Shown piece by piece: positions 12,701-24,529 of a stretch of 64,000 nt of DNA; position 1 is the first letter of the stretch; the number at the start of each line of letters is the position of its first letter. This DNA is from Mobula birostris. Taxonomy: Eukaryota. The DNA lies in contig NC_092386.1 of assembly GCF_030028105.1 (NCBI RefSeq), forward strand, positions 42,462,347 through 42,526,346, written 5' to 3'. The position numbers and the translations under genes are program-made. The notes under the pieces are model-generated. The model did no database searches. It had not been told where the DNA came from and saw only the letters and a list, made by a program, of their open reading frames with translations.

Positions 12701-13496
12701 TTGTTAGATATATAATACAAATCACAGGTTTTTAGCTACCCTGAAAATATGTTTTCTGTAGGTAGAGGAAAGGTTACATTCTGATTAGAATGGAAACAAC
12801 TAATTATTTTATCCATTAACAAAATCTGACATTGGTGATAACATATGGCAAACATCTGGCTAATCCTCATAAAATGGGTAACTCTGTTTTGGTAATTCTA
12901 AGTACATGGATGGGAAGGATACATAGGGCTATATCCAAGTGTGGGTCAATGGGACTAGGCAGAATAATAGTTTGGCATGGACTAGATGGGCCAAGGAACT
13001 TGTTTCTGTGCTTTTGCACTCTTATCAGCAGGTTAAAACGGAAAATGATTTTGTAAAATTTGATTTGTGCCTTATTATCTAATAGGAAGAAAATCCATCT
13101 TGATATTTATTGTTTCATTTCTCAAATATTGCAGACTTGAGAATGTAAATTGAAATGTCATTATTTGATATTTTACTCGGAATCTGTTTATTTTGTTCCA
13201 ATTGTTTTATCACTAGTCTAACCAAATTTACTGAAATTAAAAATGCCTTTTCAATTTGTCTCCTAGGTGTGCTCTTCCACTCCGGGGACAGAGAGGAGGT
13301 AGAAATCAGAGGTTGCTCCATTTGGTGCATTGAGTTAATAATGCATCACATCCAAGAACTTGGAGCACAAAAGAAATGTGTGAATAAAGAGATCAATTCT
13401 GTTCTGGTTGATTACTACCTGTGGGATTATGCAAGAGATCACCGAAAAGATATGGCAGATATTCCTATCCATCGTGTCCGATGCATCTACTACTAA
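3389..13496 (+). CDS. QNG1: Queuosine salvage protein (Q-nucleotide N-glycosylase 1, C9orf64/DUF2419), 340 aa, 4 coding exons
   Basis: Exons 3389-3725, 4722-4981, 10081-10276 and 13267-13496 join in frame via GT-AG introns (1023 nt). Motifs [44 protein letters not shown] and C-terminal HRVRCIYY. Confidence 0.95.
4424..4640. mobile_element. Older palindromic Penelope-derived element
   Basis: Inverted arms gaaaatgctggaaaca and tgtttcagcattttc; decayed hammerhead core on the minus strand (cccttcatca). Confidence 0.6.
4722..4981 (+). CDS. QNG1: QNG1 coding exon 2
   Basis: IPITSASYF...[11 protein letters not shown]; donor CAG|gtgagt. Confidence 0.93.
5210..6320 (+). mobile_element. Degenerate Rex1/Babar LINE 3' part, interrupted by a minus-strand short element (~5382-5605)
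   Basis: RT-like remnant ([11 protein letters not shown]) and C-terminal [15 protein letters not shown]; frameshifted. Confidence 0.7.
6543..7830 (-). mobile_element. Tc1-family DNA transposon, decayed, right end lost
   Basis: TA then TIR cagtgcttgtaaaaagtattcacccc; same family as 56708-58129; transposase remnants on the minus strand. Confidence 0.85.
7830..8500 (+). mobile_element. CR1 LINE 3' fragment
   Basis: [12 protein letters not shown]-type coding remnant. Confidence 0.8.
9290..9545 (-). mobile_element. SINE fragment (L2-tail/V-SINE-like); a related copy lies at ~34580-34820
   Basis: Shared tctttggactgt..ggaaacccac core. Confidence 0.55.
10081..10276 (+). CDS. QNG1: QNG1 coding exon 3
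   Basis: [16 protein letters not shown]...[13 protein letters not shown]...KLKQ; ttag| acceptor and G|gtttgt donor. Confidence 0.93.
10970..11960 (-). mobile_element. CR1 fragments (3' tail and 5'/ORF1 region) with a small inserted repeat
   Basis: Recognisable CR1-type tail and ORF1-like decayed sequence. Confidence 0.5.
13267..13496 (+). CDS. QNG1: QNG1 coding exon 4
   Basis: [15 protein letters not shown]...HRVRCIYY*; candidate polyA signal ATTAAA at 13571. Confidence 0.93.
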
Positions 13497-13679
13497 TTAG
13501 ATTCTACACAATTTCCGCAAAGCATAGGAACATTTTGTTATGGGGTGATATGATTGAATTGCTCATTTATATTAAATTTGCCAACATTTAACTATTTTTG
13601 TACACCTCCAAAGTTGTGATTTTAAAATTATGGTATTTTATAAAATTGTTAGAGTAGGTAATATGGGTTTAAAAAAAAA

Positions 13680-15240
13680 ACTGTGGAGGAACTCAGCAGG
13701 TCAAGTAGCACCTATGGAGGTGCAGAGATGGTGAACATTTTGGGCTAAGATCCTCCATCGCGCCTGAAAATGTAGAGGAAAGATAGCCATGGGAGGGAGG
13801 GATGGTAGGTGATATATGAAATCAGGTGAGGTGGAGGATAATGGGCAGATGAAGCCAGGTAAGGGAGAGGGATGGGAACATTTGGACAGGGTGGGTGGGG
13901 GGGGTGTGGTCTGCTGGGCAGATGGAGCCGGATGAGAGAAGGAGGAAGATGGAGGCTGGAGGGTGATGGGATAGGAGCAATGATGGGCAGATGGAACCAG
14001 GTGGGGACAGCTAGGAAATCCAGGTGGCTAGATGTGTAGATGATGAGCAGATAGAACCAGGTGGGCAGGTTAAGAGATCTAGGTAATGGGTGGGGGTGGG
14101 GGAGGAAGAAAAACTTGTTTAAGTGGGAAAGCAAAACAGGTGTGAGTTACCTGAAATTGGAAAATTCATTGTATTGTAATCTACTGTGTGGAATGTACAG
14201 TGTTGTTTTTCTAGTTTGTGTTTGACCTCCCCATTGAAGAAAGTGGTAGACAGACAGATTGGTGTGGGAATGGGAAGGGGAGTTGGAAATGATACAGCTG
14301 GAAGCTCAACGTGACTGTTGCAGGCAGTGCACAGAATCTTAGCAAAATCTTTGTTTGGTTTTGTCAAAGTAAAGGAAGTTATGCCACGAACACTGGATGT
14401 TATAGACAAAGGGCAGAAAAATGTATGTGAATCTTTGCCTCAACTGAGTGTTTAGGTCCCTGAACAGTGGTGGGGTTGGAGGGGTGGGGGGGAAGAAAAG
14501 ATGCAGGGACAAATGAGAGGCATCAGAAATGGACCAAATGAATTTCAGGGCAGGGTGGAAGTTGGAAGCAAAGTTGATGAAATTGACAAGTTCAGCCTGG
14601 GTGCATGAAGCAGCACCAATGTAGCACAGGAAGAGCGGGGGAGCAGTTCTAGAAAAAGTTTTAATGTAGCCAACAAAAAGGCAGGGACACATGGCTACCT
14701 CTAGGATTTGGAGAAGGTGGGAGGAGCGGAAGGAGAAATTGTTGAAGGTGAGGACCAGGTGAAGGAGGGTGGTGGTGGAGGGAAACTGGTTGGGTCTGTT
14801 ACTGAGAAAGAAGCAGAGAGCGGAGCGCTGTAAGAACTTCTGATGGGGATAGAAGTGTATGTGGCATTGGACATTCATGGTAAAAATGAGGTGTTCAGGG
14901 CTGGAGAATTGAGTGTTCGGATCGAGAGCAAGTGAAATGTCATGGATGTAGATGTGAAGGGACTGAACCAAGGGGGATTGAATGGAGTTGAACTATGCGG
15001 ACACAATTTCAGTGGGGTAGGAGCAAGCAGAGGAAGTGGGCCTACCTGAACAGTCGGTTTTGTGGATCTTGGGTAGGAAGTAGAAATGATCAGTGCAAGG
15101 TAGGGTATTATGAAGTTGGTGGCAGTGGATGGGACATCTCCAGAGTTGATGAAGTTAGTGATGCTGGGCAAGATAGTGGCCTGGTGGTGCAGAGGTCCTT
15201 TGTAAAGGGGTCCTTTACAAGGGGTCAGTAAGAGGAGGGG
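13680..15240 (-). mobile_element. Penelope-like retroelement, degenerate (RT and GIY-YIG remnants plus terminal repeat)
   Basis: LVLTFNNFSF, CLFVGY and FINFASNFHPALKF motifs in ORF 14339-14971. Confidence 0.8.
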
Positions 15241-15470
15241 TATGTCAGATGTGAGAGAAGGGGGGCAAATTGAAAGACACTTGGGTTCTCTAAGGAATTT
15301 ACTTAAAATGACTGCTTAAGAGGGGTTTTCAAGATGGTGCAGTGAAAGGTCTGTTTTACAGAGCTCAGCATTGCAACACTGATAATTTTGCATATAAACC
15401 TATCCGTTTCAGCTTCTTTTTTTAAATGCCCAAGTGTCAGATTTAATAACATGAACATTGAGTATTTTTT

Positions 15471-16292
15471 TTGAGCTGCTTCACCGTGACATCGAAAAGT
15501 ACTAGAAAGGCGGCTAAGATGGACTACACAGAGTGCTTGCCTGGGGTTGAGGAGCTAGCTGCTGCTAGCTATGCTAACACGTTGGACCCTGCTTTTTGTC
15601 AAGTAATTCTGGAAGTTACAGAGAACATATCCAAAATGATGGACAAGAAGCTGTGTCCACTCTCTCTAACACTCTGGTACCAGATGTTGGAGCTTAAAAA
15701 TCTTGATACAAGAACGACCGAGGCCAAGACTGTAGCTGATCAAGCCCAAAGCCGCATCCGGGCACTAGAAAAGCAAGTTCAAAGCCTGTCTGACCATATC
15801 AATGAGCTTGAGAATAGAAGTAGGAGGAAGAACATACGGATCATTGGTTTACCTGAAGGTACAGAAGGCAGCCAGCCAGCGAAGTTTTTTGAGGGCTGGC
15901 TGCCTAATTTACTTGATTTGGAAACCAAGGCTGGATGCATTAAAGTGGGAAGAGATCGTACGCTGGCTCCAAAACTGGGCTCAGACCAACGCCCTCGACC
16001 TGTCCTCGTGCGCTTCCATAATTTTGGTGATAAGCAAAGAGTGATGGAGGCTTTGAGACGCCATGGGACTGATGCCCAGGCTTTAATATATGAGGGATCC
16101 AGGCTTATGTTTTTTCAAGATTTTTCAGCAGCCGTTATTCGGAAGTGCAAGGAATTCAACCAGGTAAAGAAGCGGCTGAAAGAATCTGGAATCCAGTACT
16201 TTATGCTGTACCCAGTGGAGCTAAAAATCACCTACACCAAGATATTTGATTCTCCTGACAAAGCTAAAACTTTTGTAGACACATTGGGCTAA
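15471..16292 (+). CDS. L1 ORF1p (coiled-coil, RRM, CTD); likely ATG at 15519
   Basis: ENRSRRKNIRIIGLPE, PRPVLVRF and FFQDFS motifs. Confidence 0.8.
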   Translation: MSCFTVTSKSTRKAAKMDYTECLPGVEELAAASYANTLDPAFCQVILEVTENISKMMDKKLCPLSLTLWYQMLELKNLDTRTTEAKTVADQAQSRIRALEKQVQSLSDHINELENRSRRKNIRIIGLPEGTEGSQPAKFFEGWLPNLLDLETKAGCIKVGRDRTLAPKLGSDQRPRPVLVRFHNFGDKQRVMEALRRHGTDAQALIYEGSRLMFFQDFSAAVIRKCKEFNQVKKRLKESGIQYFMLYPVELKITYTKIFDSPDKAKTFVDTLG

Positions 16293-16731
16293 AGAATGTA
16301 TATATATTGTGTAGCTCTGGTTATGGACAATAACATGCTCAATGGTGGCTTTATTTTACCTTTTCATTACTCGACGGCAAGATGTAGGATGGGTAACTTG
16401 TTTGTTTTGATTAATACAGTTTCATTATTTGTTTAAATTAGCGGTGCTGCTCCAGCCTGAAGGCGCTTAAACATGATGGTAACAAATTGGTGGATTGATA
16501 AATTATGTCTTGTTTTCATTTTTGACTATATTAAATGCCATATTGGCAGTGGGACAGAATATGGGGTGCTAGAAAGTTCAGATATCCCCTTTAAGTGTGG
16601 GTTTATCCTCTTGTTCAGCGCTGTTGGCGCTTTGTTTTTTTTGTGTGTTTTTTTTATTCACTTCTTGCTGCTCAGCTGATCTTAAGTCAGGTTTCTTCTC
16701 CTTCGGAGTCACATGATTGTTATAAAGGGTT

Positions 16732-19700
16732 ATGATCAGTAACATATAAAAATTGTGCACTTGGAACATTAAGAGGAGTCATTCACCAATCAAGAGAAAG
16801 AAAATCCTATTAAACCTGAAAAAGGAAAGGGTAGACATAGCCTTGCTGCAGGAGACACATTTAAATGATAAAGAACATCTAAAGCTGCAACAGAGTGGAT
16901 TTGATTGTCTATTTTTCATCTTTTAATACCAGGAGTAGGGGGGTGGCCATTTTAATAAGGAAGAACCTAGCTTTTAAGTTATTAGACTGCTTTAAGGATA
17001 AGTATGGGAGATTTGTGATTGTTAAGACTTCAATATATGGAGAGGATTATGGTATTCTCAATGTTTACTGCCCTCCAGCTCATCCTCTCAAATTCCTAAT
17101 AGATGCTTTTTCCAAACTTACAAGCTTTTCAATACAAAACATTATTGTAGGTGGGGATTTTAATTGTCTCATGGACCCATTGATGGACAGAGTGCCTAGT
17201 GGTCCCCCATTGCTCTCACAGTCCAAACAAATCATGGGCTTATGTGGAGATCTAGGACTTGTGGATAGCTGGAGGTTGTTATATCCCTCAGACAAAGACT
17301 TCATATTTTTTTCTAATCCACACAAGTGTTACACCAGAATAGACTTTTTTCTAAACCCCAAAACGCTCCTAGATTTAGTTGTATCCTTTACAATTGGAAA
17401 TATCGCTCTTCCTGACCATGCAGCAGTATATTTAAATATTAAGCCGAAAGATAATGCAGCACGATCTAGACATTAGAGGCTGAATCCTTTTATTCTAAAG
17501 GATAATATATAGACTACTTCCGAATTCAAAACTTCCCTATCTATTAATTCCAAATCAGCTAGTAGTCCATCGATGCTCTAGGAAACCGCTAAGGCCTATG
17601 CAAGAAGATTAATTATCTCCTACTCTGCTAGTGAAAAGCGACGTTGTGGAACAGCAGCGCCTAGTGGAAGCAAGGCTTGCGGCAGCTAGGAAGGATTATA
17701 TTAATAAGCCTTCTGCAGCCATGTTACAGAATATCACAGCCCTATTCTGTACTCTTTACTTACATAAGCAGCCAAAAGAAAATTGACGTTTACTAAATGA
17801 TTGTTTGAACATGGTGAAAAACCAGAAAGAAAAATGCCTCTCAGATTATTGCTTCAATTAGGGATGGGACAGGAGCCCTCACTAGTAATTCTAAAATGAT
17901 TAATGTTGTGTTTAAGAATTTTTATTGTAAATTGTATCAATCTCAGCAATGTAATGATAGACAATCTAGGATGGAGTCCTTTTTCAGAAATTTAGATCTC
18001 CTAGACATTTCTTCTGAACAAGAGTCCCTCCTCAATGCTCCCTTATCTATACATGAGATACAGGAAGCTGTGAGACAGCTCCAAGGTGGGAAGGCCCCTG
18101 GTCCTGATGGACTCACTAGTGAATTCTATAGAGTTCAAAGGGTTATTATCAGAGCCTATGCTAGACGTGTTCAATCATGCATTTAATTGTGGTCTTCTCC
18201 CACCATCATTGAGAGAAGCTGTAATTCTTAAGAAAGGAAAGAGCCCTGAAGATTGTGCCTCCTACAGGCCTATTTCATTGTTAAATGTTGACTTTAAAAT
18301 CTTAACTAAAACCTTAGTGTTGCGATTAGAAACTGTTACGTTTTATCATGAAAGAGGATCAAATGGGTTTTGTAAAAGGCCGTAGATCATCTAACAATAT
18401 CAGAAGATTACGTAATGTGATTCAGGCATGTCAGCAACGGGCAGTGGATGGCTTGGTGGTTTCCTTAGATGCACAAAAGGCCTTTGATCATGTCGAATGG
18501 TCATATCTTTTTCTCACTTTAGAACGAGTTGGTTTGGGCAATAATTTTATTAATTGGGTAGAGGTTCTTTATAAATACCCTTTGGCTGTGATTCTCACTA
18601 ATGGTATTGGTCGGATAATTTTAGTATTCTGAGGGGCAGCAGGCAGGGCTGCCCTTTATCACCACTACTTTTTACACTAGCGATCGAACCATTGGCTGAG
18701 GCTGTTCGGCGAGACCGCAAAGTATCTGCTCCAGGCATAGGACTCAAGTCACATAAAATTACATTGTATGCGGATGACGTTCTAATTTTCTTATCAAACC
18801 CTGCTATATCAGTGCACCACCTTATACAATGCATCAATTCATTTAGCACCTTTTCAGGTTATAAAATCAACTTTACTAAATCAAAGGCTATGCCTCTGGG
18901 GAAGGTGTAGCAGGTACCTGACACTCAGGGTGTTTTCCCCTTTAAATGGTAGCAGACAAGTTTTGTTTACTTAGGCATATTTATCACACCTACGTTTGAT
19001 CAATTGTTCAAAGCCAACTTTACAGTTATTTGACAAAATCAAACAGGATCTTGAGCAATGGAGCACTCCTCCCATTTCTTGGCTTGGCCGAACATCCTTG
19101 CTCAAAATGAACATTCCTCCTCGTCTGCTCTACCCAGTACGAATGATTCCAGTCATTTTTACCCAACAAATACTTTAAAAAAAAATAAATGACTGGTTTG
19201 TTTCTTTCATCTGGAACAAAAAAAAAAGACCCTGCATTAAAATGTCTAAGTTACAGCCTCCCAGTAGTCTAGGGGGTCCGGATTTTCCAGACATCAAAAA
19301 ATATCATTATTTTATCTTATGTGGTTGACTGGGTTTGCAGGGACCCCTCCTCAATTTGGCTAGACATTAAAGCTTCACAAGCAAAATGACCTCTTATTAA
19401 TTTGCTTTTCCTCAATAAGATGAAACTAGTTAAGTAATATTGTCACAATCCAATAACAATTAATACAGTCAGGGCTTGGAGGTCAGTGCGACAAATTGAG
19501 GGCAACACAGTGAAAATATCACCCTTCACTCCAATAACTGGCAGTCCAGATTTTCAGCCTGGCATAATGGATTCTAGATTTAAACTTTGAATTTCTAAGG
19601 GTATTTTCCATCTTGGAGATTTGTTTGATGAAGGAATGATGATGTCGTTTAGTCAAATAGTACAGAAATTTAACATTCCCAACAAGGATCTTCTTTGTTT

Positions 19701-20404
19701 CTTTCAGATAAGAGATTATATACAGAAAAAAACATCATTGTTAACTGATTTCTATAGTTCTGACATAGAAAAGAGAGTGTTTTGTTCTAAGGGTGAAGTC
19801 TCCATCAGTACTTTTTACAGCATCCTGAGGGAATGTTCTTGTGGAGAGGCTGAGTAGCTGGGAAGGGTCTGGCAGGAAGAGCTGGGAGTAGAAATTGCAG
19901 CTGAAACATGGGAAGACATCTGTGATAATGCAAAGAAAACTTCAGTTTGTAATAGAACTAAAGCACTGCAACTCAAAATTCTGCATAGAGCCAATCTGAC
20001 TCCAAGTCATCTCTTGAAAATTAAGACTGGTTTCTCCAATGTGTTCTAAATGTAAAGTAAATACTGGAACTTTCACCCACTATTTTTGGACTTGTCCCAA
20101 ACTTCAGGCATACTGGAGTGATATTTTGGGTCAAATAGAATTGATTCTGAAGATGGAGCTTGAACTGGACCCAGTGTCTTTTCTCTTAGGCTTACCCAAC
20201 AGTCGTATTATTAATGCACATCAGAAAAAACTTTTTAACATCCTAATTTTTTTTTGTGCAAGGAAGAACATTTTACTTTGTTGGATATCCGATAAGGCCC
20301 CTGGACTTTTTGGTTGGCATCAATTAATCATGGAATACATTCCTTTGGACTTTTTGACATGTATGATACACTCAAAAACAAATAGTTTTCATAAAACAAG
20401 GTGA
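16732..20404 (+). pseudogene. L1 ORF2 (endonuclease/reverse transcriptase), multiple stops and frameshifts
   Basis: Consecutive fragments in different frames (GGDFN, RIDFF, KAPGPDG, YRPISLLNVD, LDAQKAFD, LYADD). Confidence 0.9.
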
Positions 20405-21174
20405 CCTTTTCTGCAGTATGTAGATGTAAACCTGTCTGCTATACTAATAAGGGCTTTTGTATAGGATGTTGGGGTGATGTCTATAGTTTGATGGAAGTTT
20501 TCTGATTGTTGATATCTGTGAGGGGAAGAAATGTAAATGTATCTGTAAATTGAAAGTTTTGTTATGCTGAGCAAAAAAAAAATTTAAAAACTACATTTTA
20601 ACGCTACAAAATACATCTCGAGATAAAAAACTTAACTCTTGACATTGTTGATGTTATTGAAGGAGGAATAAATACTGTTCAGACTTCAAAAAAAAAGACC
20701 GCTTAAAAAGGAGAGTGGGGTAAAGAGACAAGACTGAAGTAACTAAAACACCTAAAGGTGCATTCTACTTGCATTGACAGAACATCAGCCAGTTCAGCAA
20801 GAATACAGTTACATATTTTACTGTGTTTACTGTTATTTCATATGCTGTAGGCCTGTAGTTTGACTGTATTTGATCTCAAATTGGAAATAAGTCAGGAAGT
20901 GATAGTGTAGGCAATGCATCAAAACTGTTAAGAAATCAGATCACTTTCGATGTCAGTCTGCAGTAGCTGGATTGATGTGGGTATCTTCTGCTCCAGAGAA
21001 GTGCATTATGAAAGGAAATGGGTGGCAAGGCAGCTAACCCCAGCTGAGACTTTCAAAAATGGAAGAGTTGCTACATGGCCCACCTTCCTAGTTTGAGAAT
21101 TGATTTTTGTCAGCAAATATATTACAGTTATATTAATTATCATTGTATATTTGCAATTTAATAAATTGATCTCC

Positions 21175-21700
21175 ATTGATGGAGAATGGACGTGAAAGCA
21201 CAGAGGAACATCTGGAGAAATTTCTGAAATGCCCATTCGCTGTTGGCGTTACTGTGTGGTAGGGAATCTTTCGGAGGGTAGGCCTCAAAATCCCCGGCCT
21301 TGCCTGCTTTTGGCGACTGAGAAGGAGGTTGAATCGTTCGGACAGAGATGGCGCTCAGTACTCGGTGTTGGAGAGCTGATCAGAGCTCGAAGCTTTCGGA
21401 TGACTCAGAGTCGGACTGTGGTCGGCATGGCAGGGAGAGTTTTTCTTCCTTCTCCCGTCTGCGTGAGATGTGGGACATTTGAGAAACTTTGAACTTTACT
21501 GTGCTCACGGACTTCATCAAGTTATGGTATTGTTACACTGTTTGTAACTATATGTTATAATTATGTGGTTTTGTCAGTTTTTTCAGTCTTGGTTTGTCCT
21601 GTGTTTTGTGGTATCACATCGGAGGAAATAATGTATCATTTCTTAATGCATGCATTGTTAAATAACAATAAAAGAGGACTGCGTGTCTTCATAATCATAA
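21175..21700 (+). mobile_element. Non-coding retroposon; same family as 60746-61392 (-) and 5382-5605 (-)
   Basis: Shared tail atgcatgcat..aataaa..aggactg.gtgtc.tcataatc and shared internal sequence. Confidence 0.7.
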
Positions 21701-23249
21701 CATTGCAGCACCCCATGTTTACCTTCACTGAAGCACTCATTTACTGTTCATATGTACGATTATAATGCTGTCAGTAACAGAACTCCATTTAATTATAATG
21801 ACTCCTTTTAAGTTAATGCAATTAGGATTCTCATTCTTGGGAAAATATTGTGACTGCTCAGGCAACTGTACATTTGCTGAGGAAACCAAACAAAATTAAA
21901 CATCCTGCAATCATCAATAGTTATCCCCACTTTTGATCTTCTTAAAATGGAAGTGCTGTAGATTTATCACAACCTATTTTGGGATTGTTTCTGTGAATTC
22001 CAACAATGACTATAGAATATTAGAAATAATATCCAAGATAAGTCTCTTGGGAAATGGTTCCAAAGTGATCAGGATTGTTATTTTGATTCATTTTTATTGT
22101 TAATGGCCATTAGAAACACCTGTTACTGTTTGCCCTGGTGATTCTATTTTAAGGGTTTTAATATCAAGGTTATAATTCGCAACCTCTTCACGGGGTGGGG
22201 GAGTACAAATTGTCCATGTTTCACACTAATATCAGTGTTCTCCTGCAGAGTAAATGGTACAGAGGCACCTTTGGATTTTACAGCTTAGTTTACGATAATC
22301 CTTCAGCAAAATTAGTATTGTGGTGATGGATTAAAGAAACCTCAAAAATTTAAATTATAACAATTACTTCCCCAACCCCATCTAAATTTTACGCTCAAGA
22401 AGTCAATGGACATTTCTTTTACTGCTAAACTTCAATCTGTTAACACAAACATTATTTGACTTTCCTGTTCTTACAAAATTGTATCACTTCACATTTAGCA
22501 TTATTGAATTGAAATTCATTCGCCAATTGTGGACCCATATTTTCTAGTTTAATAATGTCTCCTGAATGTTATCAGTCCCCCTTTGTAATAATTACACCTC
22601 CCAATTTAGTGTCATCAAAGTTTGGAATAGTACTTGTGAATTTTGTATCCATATCAATCACATGAACAATACTGAACTCCCAACACTAATCACTTTTTCT
22701 CAGGCTTTGCCAGTCTCATCAATAGCTACTCTTAATTTGTATTGTGTTCTAATTTTTTTGCAGTGAGCTTGGTATCCATTCTGCTACTTATCCCCATTTC
22801 AGACACTTTGATCTTGTTAGTGGGGATCATTGGAACCAGGCACATTGCTTCAACCATTTTGTACAGTTGAGGAGTTTCTACTCTGAAATGGCTGTGACTC
22901 TTTGGAATTCTCCACTACAGAAAGTCATGGAATATATTCAAGGTGGAGATTGGCAGTCACTTGAAGTACAGGAATGTCAAGGGGCATTGAGGCCAAGATT
23001 GGAGATGCAGAAATTTGTGGGAGGAGATTTCAGGGACTTCTGCTACTCTTGTTTCTAATGCTGTTAGATGAGTATATAATTTGGTTATTTTGTAAGATAT
23101 TTTAAAAAATGCAAATAGATATTACAACTATTGTCTGCTCTTCCTGTAAGCCTAAGCTAATGAGAGAAGGTGGCATGTGCTATATATGTTGCAAAAGATG
23201 AGACTGGTTGAATGGTATTTATTATTTACAGAAAATTTTATGTAATTGT

Positions 23250-23800
23250 TATAAAATCAATAATTGGCTTTTATTGTCACATATGATAAGGTACAGTTAA
23301 AATAATCTTGTTTTACATGCCATCCATACAGATAATTTCAGTACATCAAGTAGTACAAGGGAAAAACAATAACAATGCAGAAAGTGGTGTTACAGTTGCA
23401 GAGAAAGTGCAGCACATTCAATAAGATGCATGCCATGACAAGGTAAATTGTAAAGTGAAGAGTTCATCTTATCATTTAAGAGCCGCATTCAGTATTCTTA
23501 TAACAGTCAAATAGAAGCTGTTCTTGAGCCTGGAGGTACATGCTTTCAGGCTTTTGTACATTCTGCCTGATAGAAGGGGGAAGAAAGAATCTCTGGGATT
23601 GTGTTGTCTGCTTTTCCAAGGCAGTGAGAAGTATACAGACTTTATGGAAGAAAAGTTGCACTTATTTGTGGTCTTGAGCAGAGTAGTTGGCAAATGAGGC
23701 CATAATGTATCTGGATAGGATGCTTTCTGTGGTAGATCTACAAAATTGGAGAGTGCCTATTTCCTTGGCCTCCTTAGGAAATAGAGGAAATGGTAATATA
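23250..23800 (-). mobile_element. Rex1/Babar LINE 3' fragment
   Basis: LLSGRMYKSLKACTSRLKNSFY C-terminal motif. Confidence 0.65.
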
Positions 23801-24529
23801 ATGGTATCAGTGGGTCTAGAACTGATCCTTGGGCAATGCCTGTTGTAACATTGTTCCAGTCTGGTAAGCAATCTTTCATTACTGCTAATGTGATTAATAG
23901 ACAATTCTACATTTTTCAATTTCCTTCTTCAAATGGAATTCATATTTCAAGAACACAATGCTGATTTTGAACTTTTGCTCATATGATGTGGTGTCATGTA
24001 TTCTTTCTCAATATCAGCATGTTGGAGTTCGTCCTAAATATAGATGCTACAGAATCTTTTTAAGCATTTAGTAATTGCCCAAGTAACAAATGTCCTTTGT
24101 TATATCTATTGTTTCGTCAGGATCTGGGCATTTCTTGCAAAGCACTTATGGCCCATTCTTAATTGTCTTTAAATGTGGTGAACTATTTTCTTGAGGCACA
24201 GTCCCTCTGGTAAAAAGCACTCACTGTTGCTGCTTCAGGGTTTAGCCCCTGGGACCATGAATGAGTGGTGTTGATATATTTCTAATTTTGGGGTGGTATA
24301 TGACTTAGAGGGGAAAATGCAGATGAGATGCTCTCTTGTCCTCCTTAGTAGTAGAACTTCCTGATTTGGGTGACCCTGCAGAAGCAGCCCAAGTACACAA
24401 CAGTAGTGCATATCTGTATGATATACACAGCAACAGCATTGATGGTGCTTGTCACCTCTTAGCCTTAATGTTCTCTTCCTGCATGCAGGTTTGGGCTTCA
24501 TTATGAACAAGGAATTGAACAATGTGCTA

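Larger units (their letters stand above)
15320..20696 (+). mobile_element. Full-length L1 LINE; ORF1 open, ORF2 disrupted
   Basis: 5' gagggg..CAAGATGG; ORF1 15471-16292 (LENRSRRKNIRIIGLPEG); APE endonuclease and RT fragments (RQGCPLSP, LYADD) and a C-terminal Cys/His motif; AATAAA at 20667 plus polyA; TSD aaaatgactgcttaa 15305-15319 / aaaaagaccgcttaa 20692-20706. Confidence 0.92.
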
